Shown here: positions 41,638 to 52,261 of the stretch, in pieces | Layout: each line of letters starts with the position of its first letter | Numbering within the stretch: the first letter of the stretch is position 1 | Assembly: GCF_002571385.2 (NCBI RefSeq) | Contig: NW_019217822.1 | Location: 1-64,000, forward strand | Direction of reading: 5' to 3' | DNA: 64,000 nt | DNA from: Stylophora pistillata | Taxonomy: Eukaryota | The notes under the pieces: generated by a model | What the model was told of the DNA's origin: nothing | What the model saw: the letters and a program-made list of their open reading frames with translations, nothing else | The model's database searches: none | Made by a program: the position numbers and the translations under genes

Positions 41638-41710
41638 AGGCCTGTTCGGGATTCGAACCGCTGACCTCTGCGATACCAGTGCAGCGCTCTACCAATTGAG
41701 CTAACAAGCC
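41638..41710 (-). tRNA. tRNA-Thr(GGT)-like repeat copy
   Basis: Variant copy with anticodon loop CT-GGT-AT. Confidence 0.45.
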
Positions 41711-41865
41711 AACTGTGAGCAGGCCGTTAAGTTGATTCGTTATAAACCCGTGATGATAAATCATCACGGGCGATGATAAATCATCACGGGCGATGATAAA
41801 TCATCATGGTGATGATAAATCATCGCGGGTTTATTACGAATTAACTTAACGGCCTGCTCACAGTT

Positions 41866-41937
41866 GGCTTTTAGTTCAATTGGTAGAGCGCTGCACTAGT
41901 ATCGCAGAGGTCAGTGGTTCGAATCCCGTACAGGCCT
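41866..41937 (+). tRNA. Inverted, degenerate tRNA-Thr(AGT)-like repeat copy
   Basis: GGCTTTTAGTTCAATTGGTAGAGC...GGTTCGAATCCC followed by a T run; 1-nt deletion in the acceptor stem. Confidence 0.4.
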
Positions 41938-42368
41938 GATTTTTTTTTTTCAGGTCTGATTTTCGCTATTGCATAAATAGCGCTATATACTGCGAAGGAT
42001 CGTGCATCATACACACTTTATATTGTGCAATAAGTTTTGTTTGAAATGTGGAGTTGAGCAAAATAATGTTGTCTTGTAACTATTTGAAACTTTCTGGAAT
42101 AAGTTAATTCTGATCCGAACTTTTGGGGAAAAGGCTTTCTCAGGACGTGATAACAAAGAGAAATATAACGCTTTGAAAATATATCAATATCAGACAAAGT
42201 CTTCATTTTTTAATAACTTTAGCTGACTTAGTGTCATGTCAATTCTTTGGTCTGTCCACTCTAAAATTCACACACACGTCTTGAATGGACTTCAGCCGCG
42301 CTCAAAAACTGTAACCAATTACACTCTACGAGCACCTAAACACAGTGCTTCGTTGAATTATTCTCCTC

Positions 42369-45300
42369 TTAAGATGATAGAGGAGCGAAAGAGGCCACAC
42401 TCGTACACAGTCTTCTGTATATGTTGGAACGCCGAGGCAACATCCTGGTCGGAAGATTTGTTAAAAGCGGACCACTTTGCGATCTCGATTTAGGACAACT
42501 AAAAATTCTGGATTGTACCCGATCTTGCGGTGAAACTAAAGACTTCTTTTTGCGTGCTTTAGGTCGAGAGCTATTTCGACTCGACAGAGGTCTGTTAATT
42601 TTCTGTATAAGTCCATTCGTTAAAGCAATTTCGTTCAGGGTTTTCTTGTAGGCCACTATATCCTTCAGGAAGTGAGGCAGTTTGAGACAGCCTTGTCGTG
42701 CAATGCGCTTGATCCTCTGCAGCTCGTCGCAACAGATTTTCCCGGCATACATCAATTTGAAATCGATATCGTTCACCTGACGCAAAATAGTCACAGCTCC
42801 TGTAGAGGAAATGAAAAGACAAAATTACAGACTTAAGCGTAAAGGCCAGAAGGAACGTGGGTTGGGTCCGAGTTTAGCGCCTTCTTGCTTTCTCTCGTCC
42901 ACTTTACGTCCACCCTTAACGCACACTTTTTTATTTTTGCGAAAATTAGTTGAACTTTATATTTTGTATTTGAAGATACCTTCAAAATAACACTGATCGT
43001 ATCCACAGCCTCCTGTGTCGCTGCAGTTGGAGAGACACCTCTTGGCCCGTACCACCTGCTTCCATCTCTGCTCTGGATCGTATATGTACATCGCTAGATG
43101 CTCAAACAGCTCCTTGAAGGACATTTCAGTTGACATACACGCTGTGTCTGAAATGATGTGAAAAAAAAGCGGTGCGACTAAGAAGTTTGTTATGATAATA
43201 CTGAACGCGAGGTAGGTCCATATGAGCCTCCTTTTTTCTTAATCCCTTGGCCTCTACGAGTGACCAGCATCTGATTTCTCCTTAAATCACGCCCCGAATT
43301 AACATGTTGAGGTCACGAGAAAAAAGGAAACGATCACCAACTGAAGAAGCTCTTGATTGTTAAACAAATTCTCTTTGTTAAACTATTAGTAAATGTTTAG
43401 AGACCAGTCCAGAGAAAATGCATACTGATGTTAGGATGTAAAGTTTAGGATAGATACATACAGTAGAGTAATGCGGGTAGAAACAGCATTTTAACTTGCG
43501 CTTGATAAATGGTATTGATCGCTGCCAGACCTTCCTCGTTGACTCTACCAGTGTAAGACCGAGGAGAGCGAAGATTGAATTTGTTCCGGTTTGAGTACCA
43601 CGGCTGCAAACCATCATTTGTGGCCCGAAGCTGAAACGCGAGGTTGAAGAGTTAAGGAAAATCATTTGGAGACAGGATGACCTTCTGGTGGGAAAGGCTG
43701 TGACCTTCTGTGGGAGGAAAGAACTACATTACAAGGAATTGCGAAGGTGTCCTTTAATTGCGTTTAGAATTTGCGGTTTTTTGATGTGCATTTCTGGATA
43801 AATATGTTTAAACTCTGTACAAACTGCTGTCAGCGTTAAATTTTCCTGTGATCCAAAGAGATGCTCAAAAACAAGATTTTTCACGTCCCGAGCCGTTGAA
43901 TATTGCTGGTGTTGTTTCGTCTTTGACACAAGGTTCTTCGATACATCTAACTAAACCTATTCAAGTTATATATCTTGCCTTTTTGGGACCTTCTCGTGGG
44001 GCGAAAATGCTCTATAAAATCAAGTTTACTTCCTTTAACGAGTTAATGCGGGAAGCCAACTTTGCAACGTGTTAGTTGTTTTATAAATAAGTAATTAGAT
44101 TAATTAAGCCGCCACCACCAGTAGCTAATCAAGTCAATTACGATTCTACACACTGCATCAATCACTCAAGGGTGTCAAAGGCATTTCTTAATAATCGAAA
44201 TTACCATTAGCCGCTGCAAACAATCACCGGTATTAATTGTGAATACTATGAAACACTAAGTTAATGCTATGTACAATCCCCTCTACTAACTATGGTACAA
44301 TATAGGTTCGTGTCCAGTCCGCCATACTCCAATTTGTGTGTATGGACAGGAAAGCAACTGGGTGACTTGGTCCCCAACTTAACTTTCTCTCGAACTTATG
44401 TAACGTAAGTTTAGGGTTGAGGCGATGAGATAATTCTTATCACGTAGACATCATGTTTCTACTGTGCCTTGTTTTCAAAAAGACTGACAGCTACATAAAC
44501 AACAGAAGTTTATGTAAACAAAGAAAAATTATATTGATGTCTTGTGATGCCAGTAGATTTTATCGTTCCCCGGTCTTGTGCGACGATAAAAGATAAAGTC
44601 AAAATCGGACGCACGTAAAGACACATTGACCTTAGATTTTCTTCCCCAAGTCATAGTCTATATTGACTTGACATTTGGAACACGAGTCAAACGCCAGTGA
44701 CAAATTAACACTGCTGCTACAAGTTCCACCGCAAAATATCTAATTTTTTTAGTTTGCGACACACTCAACTGGGATCTTTTTTAGATTACGATACTTTTCT
44801 AGTTAGACCAGATAGAGAGGTACTGTGAATTGAAATAGATTCTCGCGATGAACTATATAAAGCTTTTGTGACTTGATTAAAAAAACCCTTTGCAGGAGGT
44901 GACTCTCAATTTAAACAGATTTCCGGAAGAATAAAATATAAATGACATTTTCAGAATATCTAATTACACAGTTCATAGCTAATGAAATCTTGAAGGAGAA
45001 AAAGGATACAAAATGAGTGCCAATTTCGTGGTCCATCAAACTTTTTATCCCGTGTTCTCGGAGATAAACATTTTCACTGCTCTTCTTCAGCCACAGACTA
45101 AATTTCCGTGCTTCGGGTCGATTGTAGCGTACATTGGGTCCTTGCCAGAGCATCTTCCCACTGCAGTTCAAATCACTTGTCCAGTATACCCTCAGTGAGC
45201 CATCCAAACCGTGCGATTTCAAATACTGTAGCACAGTCTGAGACGCTTGGCTAAGAGAAATCTTTTCTCCAAAAGCCGCGTCGAAAAATGTATCGCCACT

Positions 45301-45582
45301 GCCATAGACATCTCTGACGCGCTCCAAAATGTAACGCGCCTCTTGATAAAAGTCAAATCGAATTTCACTGTTTTTCTTGTTTGTTCCCAGCCAGTCCACA
45401 GCACCGGCGAACTGAAATCGTGGTACGTTGCCAAACTTGAGGAAGTTTTCTTTTTCCTCTTGCAGGTTGTTTATGTGATCGCTCGTTTGGTACTTAAGCG
45501 GTGTTTCGCGCAAAATCTTTACCGGTGTCTTCATGGCAGAATCGAAACTGCTACCCATTTCGTTCTCGTCCGAAGACAGCAT
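42369..45582 (-). CDS. Microtubule-associated tyrosine carboxypeptidase-like (MATCAP/KIAA0895, DUF1704 metallopeptidase), ~446 aa
   Basis: Exons 45582-45010, 43630-43462, 43147-42980, 42799-42369, phases consistent. DHEIGTHFLRATNDGLQPW...NEEGLA...PALLYYT...MSFKELFEHL...RW...RAKR...DQCYFEG...IDF...GKI...LPHFLKD. Start codon less certain. Confidence 0.88.
43239..43447. mobile_element. TTAA-type MITE, family A, in a MATCAP intron
   Basis: TTAATCCCTT...GAGTGACCAGCATCTGATTTCTCC...CTGATGTTAGGATGTAAAG. Related copies at 47772-48089, ~37425-37625 (reverse) and ~62727-63218 (reverse). Confidence 0.65.
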
Positions 45583-45806
45583 TCGCTACTGGGACACTCC
45601 ATTTTCAGAGCCACAAAAATTCATCTTGAACGCCTTACAGGAAGGGGATCTCACAGCGTGTCACTGTTTGGAAGATACTGCCGGCTTTTGTTGTGCACAC
45701 AGCCATTACCTTAATTACACTCTGTTGATGCCATGGAAACTTTTAAATTTTTAATTAGTAGCTTAGAGGCCTCTCACAAATATGACCTGGTTACACATTT
45801 TTCAAA
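45583..45806. promoter_or_regulatory. Probable bidirectional promoter, MATCAP-like / EEF1AKMT1
   Basis: Divergent start codons about 225 bp apart. Confidence 0.55.
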
Positions 45807-48367
45807 ATGGCGGACGACGAAAACCAGGTACTCTACAGTAGGTATATACTCTCACGGCATAAAAGAATCGATCCAATAACCCTTTTACTTTTTTTCGGCC
45901 TCTAATAGACATTCTATGCTACGTAGATCGATCAGGCCTAGTTTGGCGATCCACGACCACAGGCAAATTCTCTACGCGCGTGCAGACTTTTTGCATCGAG
46001 ACTTTGCGTTAACCAGTTATTTCAGTTCTCATCTCGTGATTATTTCTTGTGGTTGTCCGACCTTACTTCTCAATCACTCACCATTAAACTATGATTACAT
46101 TTACTTTGATATGAACGATTAATTTGCATGCATGCTGTGTTGAATATGTGGTGTCTTTCTCTCTTCGAATTTCAGAAAAACCGGCCGGTCGGCCAGAACG
46201 AAAGTGATAGTGATGATGACATCCCTCAATTGTCGGCCCACACTCTGGACGCTTTGCAGGAATTTTATACTAACGAGCAGCAAAGGCTGGAGACAGAAGT
46301 ATCACAAGAAAATAAGGATATAGATGAAGACTGGGTGTGTTAATCAAACTAATGAGTCAAATTGCTTTTCCTTTCTGGGCCCCCAATCAGGCTTTTGCTG
46401 GGAAATTTCTGAAGGCCATGAAGAACCAACCTGTGTTTTTTGTTATTGTTTTGTTTATTGTTTTGTTTATTGTTTGTGTTTGTTTTGTTTTTTGCTTTCA
46501 TAGCAATTGAGTCAGTTTTGGTATGACAATAGGACAGCCACAATATTGGCAGAAGAAGCTTTGAGAGCGTCAAAAAATGGCAGGTGAGGATATAAGGTTG
46601 TCAAATTTAAAGGTAAGTAGATGACAATTTCTGTGTAGAGAGGCCTGGTCTCTAAGAATGAAGATTCTTGCCAAAGAGCACAAGACAATGAGCTTGTGCA
46701 GGTGGTAACCCTTAATGTTGACCTTATGTTCCTATCACATGCCTTACATTGATGAGGGCCAAAATACAAATTGTTACTTTCTTTTTTACTGTTACCCTGA
46801 TGTGACAATTACATACTTTATACAACTTCTGGTTCTTTTGTTGCAAAGCTCATGATTTTTTCAGCAGAAACCAGTAGAGGCATTCTAATACATTCATAAT
46901 TTATACCACAATATTACCTAGCCTAAACGCATAACAATGCCAGTGGTTTTTTTTTCAGGGTGAGAAGGGGTCTTAATGGAATGTTAAAGTCCCTATTCAC
47001 CCCCAGAGGTTTATGTATATTTCCATTCTTTGCATTATCAGGATTGATCTCAAAAAATTTTTTGGATTGATGAAATATTCCTCAGGAAATATTTAATCAA
47101 TCGCAAACATCTTTTTTGAGATTAATCCTGATAAGGCAAAGAATCAAAATATATATAAACCTCTGGGGGTGAAGAGGGACTTCAAAAGTAGGCTAGTGTC
47201 AATGATAACTATGATTTTAAAATCATTTCCAATTGTCCCCTTTAAATTCCAGAATAGCTTGCCTTTGTTCACCAACCTTGTATAAAAAGGTGCTTGAGAT
47301 CAAACCAGAGGGATGTGAAGCAAAAGTGTTTGAATATGACAGAAGATTCTCTGTATTTGGTGAAGATTTTGTTTTCTATGACTACAAGAAGCCATTTTAC
47401 TTACCTGCTTCGATCACAGAACACTCCTTTGATCTAGTTGTAGCTGATCCCCCTTTCCTTTCAGAGGAATGCCTCAGAAAAACTGCAGAGACAATAAAAT
47501 ACCTTGGAAAAGAAAAAATTATTTTATGCACTGGTAAGTATCACTGACAAATACAACTGTCTAGAGTCAAACATGTTATCAGTAGCCATGCTATCAATAT
47601 GTGCAGAGACATTTTTACGTTTTTGATATACAGTAGTGCATACTAAAGAGGAACATTGAGATTCCAAACAATCTTGATGTCAGCAGGCAAGTCAGAAATT
47701 GAAAGAAAACGACAAAACTTTTGAGTTTAAAAGACATGTTTTGACAGAAACCTCTGTTGAGATTACTATAATAGCCCTTTGATCTGTAAGAGTGTCTAGC
47801 ATCTAATATCTCTTTTCAATATCACCCCTGAATCGCCAATTTTTTGGTCACAAGATTAGAGGAAATGATCTCCAACTAAAGAAGTTACTACTACATAAGT
47901 GGGGTTCTTTACTGCAAGGATTGCTTTCATACATTTCATGAAACCACAGTACATGTATATGATTTTCATGTATTGAAATTCATTGAAGTTCTTGGTTGTT
48001 AAACAAATTCATGTCCTTGTCAACACCGTAAAGTGTGTAGAGAACAGTATGGAGAATATGAATTCTGATGTTAGGGTTTGAAGGGTCAATTAGAGTAATA
48101 GACAGATGGTTTTGGGATACAATATTAAATTCTCTGAAGTTGTCAACAAAGAAGAAATGCTTGGTTGTTGTGTGAGAGAGTTAACTTTCTGATGAGTGCA
48201 ATGCTAAAATGTAGTGCTTGTGTTTGTTGGTTTCAGGCCTAATCATGGAAGATTTAGCATTCAAGCTGCTCAGAGTAAAACCTTGCAAGTTCCAACCAAC
48301 ACATGCTAGGAACCTGGCCAATAAATTTGGTTGTTTTGTAAATTATGATAGTGATCTGGATAAATGA
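45807..48367 (+). CDS. EEF1AKMT1: EEF1A lysine methyltransferase 1 (N6AMT2), ~223 aa
   Basis: Exons 45807-45827, 46176-46334, 46504-46583, 47253-47533, 48237-48367. DDDIPQLSAHTLDALQEFY...EDWQLSQFWYD...RIACLCSPTLY...FEYDRRF...FYDY...ADPPFLSEECL...CTGLIM...P.HARNLANKF.CF.NYD. Confidence 0.95.
46988..47181. mobile_element. Foldback MITE with Kolobok-like ends
   Basis: TTAA|AGTCCCTATTCACCCCCAGAGGTTTAT ... ATAAACCTCTGGGGGTGAAGAGGGACT|TCAA; almost entirely palindromic. Confidence 0.7.
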
Positions 48368-50731
48368 CAAAGACATTTCTCTTAGGAGACCAACAGTTTG
48401 TGAATTTTCCTACACAACTTGAGACCTCTAAAGTCCACTGTACATCAAAGGTGTGTTAATCAATTCCTCACCATGCTGTGCTTAATCATGCATGTCAAGG
48501 GATTTAAGCATTCCTTATCTGAATCCCCAGCTTGGGAGACTGAAACCACTTTGCAAGAGATGAACACCAATGAGTAGTCTAGTACATTCAGAGCATTTAA
48601 CTGTTGGTGGTGAACTGAGCCAGCAAACCTTTCAGTTTATAAAATTGACAAAGGTGGTGGTCAGGGATTAACTACCAGTATTTTGCCTGAAAAAACTACA
48701 ACACTGACAAAAATATATGTGGAAACTGTTGATGATGCACACTTGCTCAAAACAGGGGAACAACAACAACATTCATAAGAATGTCAGTTTCTTCATAAAA
48801 CCTTGTCTCGTATGAACAACAGGGAAAAAGTAGTAAGTATATTGAGAAATAAACACCATGTGTGTTTGAATGGAGCTTTTATTTTCCATGGAGCCAACAA
48901 GTAACCACACTTCTACTGGATAACACACCTTACCTACACCGAATGCAAATATGGTGTTCAATCTGAATTGCCATTGTTCTGAACTCACTAATCTTGTCTT
49001 TGCATGGAAACACAAAACAATTATCACACATGTGAGAGGCTAGCGAGTCCAGAACATGGCAACTCAAATTGGATACCATATTTGCATTCAGTGTATAATA
49101 CAGATTTAACTTGTTAATTATTATGTACAAGTAGTGGTATGACTAATGTGCTTCAGTAACTATAAGTATTTTGTAGTTGTTAGGTGGGTAGTGGCAGCTT
49201 GTTAGTTTATTTATTTGATTGTTATGGCCAAGGTAACTATTTCAAATACGAATGATATGTATAGACAGTTGATGTCTTAACTTCTACCACATACAGATCT
49301 GAAAGGATTTGGACCCCAACAAGACAAGTAGAACATAAGAAAATAACATGTTCACTATCAGAGTGATAATATTTTAGGGCTGATTATTCTCCAAGACTTC
49401 AAGTTATTGTATTAGTTTCACAGAGAGTGTTAGAGAGTTTGTAAGTCTCAGTGACTTCCCAATTAATTTCATAGAAGTTTGAAGAATGCTTCAAGGTCAG
49501 TTTTTTGACAATTACAAGAATGAACTTCTCCTCTTCCACCATTGCACCCCCTCCCCCACGTTATCTTTATCCTGTGTTCAGAATAATGGTCTAAAAGAAT
49601 CAAACACTATCTGCTAGCTTTCTATTACAAATTCTGGCTGGTAAGCAGAGCTGTCTACTTCCTGGTAATCATGAAAAACTTTTTTTTTTTTCAATGTCTT
49701 TCACTTCCCAAACAAGTTTGATGGGTGAGACAAAGCAATTCCACACTTGCCCCAAAGTTAATAATGGGCCAAGTGTCTATAGAATAAGATACTCTTTGAT
49801 GCTTTAAGGAAAACTAAAATAATTTCCAAAAATAGCAATCTTCTCTCAAGAGTTTAATTTTAATATATACTAATTAATCAGTAAAATATGTTATTTTGTA
49901 GCTGAGTTTTAACCCCCTAGCTCTCATGGGTGACCAAGACAGAATTCCTCTTTACAATATCAATATCAGGCAGACAAGTGATGGGAATATAGAAATACAT
50001 CAATCAGAGGGATTATTAGTTGAAAAAACTAACATAAGAACTCTAAGGCATATGATTAGGAGAATTATCATATGACTCATTTGGCCCTGCTTGCACAATC
50101 CCATGGAAAACCATGGTGAAAGATCGCATCTGCAGGGCCAGACAGGTTGTTTGAGCCAGTCTGCAAAAAGCTGTCTGCCCCTGCTACCCTCATGTCGCTT
50201 TGTTGCTAAAACTTAAAGGAAAACAGAAATGAGAAAATCGTCACATCTTTCAAGGAATTGGGAGTTTCTTGTTCAGACTTGTAAAAGTAAAGAAAAAGTT
50301 AATTGCAGAATTTTTTTTTTTGGCTCGCATGGCTTCATGTGCCTGTCTATTGCATCCTGTTTAGGTTGAAATTTTCAACACTCAGTGGTCATATGATAAA
50401 ATACTTATTGCCTGAGTTTAGTCAGGAAAATATTTGCCTCTCAGTCATGAGGCACAGACCTTGCTATGCTCAGTCCATATGCCATGACCTTGAGTCAATT
50501 ATGTTCCCATTTGGCCCTCCCATTTAGTCAATAAGAACATACATGTATTACTAATGAGATCATAAAGGTGAAAAGTGGAATGGCTACTCATTTATGCCAG
50601 GAAATGTCTGTTCCTACAAATTGATCTGCAAAGTTAACTGTACAGTCTAAAGATTATTAAGTTGTAAAAGCTATAATGTACAAACATTATAATAATTACA
50701 TTATTAATAGTTTTAATCATAACAAAAATAA

Positions 50732-52230
50732 TCATCTTATGACCAGATCTTTGACAATAAAAATAGCTTCACAGTCACTCCCACTTAACAAGTGTGTTGA
50801 TTTGATATCTAGCGTGTTGATTGACAGTCTGTTATATGGGAGAAGAGAGAATGTCTCCATTTTATGTTTTGTAGCATCGACCGATAACCAAGGACTTGTA
50901 CTGTCATATCCTCCCCCAGCACCTGCACCATTGCCAATACTGCTGAGGTGACTTGAATTAAAACCGGGCATGGCTGTGGTGCTCTGGACAGCCACAGAGG
51001 CTCCATCCCAGTGCCAGAGAGATCCATCTTCAGAACATGTGAATAAGTTGTCTGGGCTTAGAGGGTGAAATTTCACATCCCATACTGATAAAAAAAACAA
51101 CAACAACATGAATGACCACTTCAAGTTTGAAAAGTGTCAACCCACTTGCATGCAAACTTTGATGTCTTAAACTTCTCTTTTGATCACACCTGACTATAGC
51201 TCTGAGCTGAAAAAAGGAGAACTTTGGTGCCTTTTAGCATCAAAAGTCACTAATTTAGCAACCTGTGTTCCATGGCTGTAGAGCAAGTATTTTACAATAT
51301 TTATGTGTTTACATCCCGCACAAAATACAATTTACAAAACAAAACCAACTTTCTGCTTGGTTTCGTCAAGATGAAGCCTTCAGACTTCACATTAATCTCC
51401 AGTCCCTCCATTTTTAGAAAGCAGTGTAGCATGACACCTCTTGGGCAGTTTGCACATTACAGACAGGTGCAGTAACTGATGCCCACAAAACAATAGCTTC
51501 TGAAATTTTCAGTAGCAGTCAAAAAGCCTCTATGTTCTGGCAATTCAGATTATGTAATTTGCTTGAGAGGATAACAAAACTTGGAAAGGGTGCCTAACCT
51601 TCTGCAGCATGCGCTTCCAGTAATGTGACAGGATACAGTTCTTGGCGCATGTCCCAAATACTCAGTACACCATCCTGACCTCCTGCTGCAAGTAGGTGTG
51701 GCTGTGTTGGGTGTTTGTCAACACACAGCAGTGAGACACGGTCGCCAGAACTATACACAAAATATTGTGCAATTGTTATATTTTAAAGTTTGGTAGCAGT
51801 TTGACTCAATTTTATTTAAAAAGTATTGCAGCCTCTAGCACAGCCTGGGTACCTTGTTTTCCCAGAAGCACAGCTTTGATCACAACAAGTTTTAGATGTT
51901 TTTTTCTATTCTTGGACAAGGAATGTTATTTTCAGTATTTCTTTTCTTTAGCAAAACAAAGCAAAGTAACAATAAATCATCAACAAATAGGTCAGTTTTA
52001 ATCCCCTCAAGGAGGATTAAAAACTGACCTTAATTAACTCTAAATAAATCATATCCTCTAAAATCAGTGTTTAACTCCCAAGATCTGACTGACAACTCTC
52101 TCCTTCAGCCGCTACACATTCCCTTGTGAGTAGGTTACAAGAATTTGGTGTTAGATTAGGATAACAACTCCTCCCTGATAAAGGCTGATAGTTTCTAAAG
52201 AAACTGTTTGGGGCTGCATCAGTGTGGGTA

Positions 52231-52261
<31 letters not shown>

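Larger units (their letters stand above)
40440..42010. repeat. Tandem and inverted array of ~250-bp units, each with a tRNA-Thr-like cassette
   Basis: Period ~249-252 bp. tRNA-like parts at 40558-40629, 41137-41209, 41389-41461, 41638-41710 (minus) and 41866-41937 (plus). N gap at 40724-41089. Confidence 0.9.
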
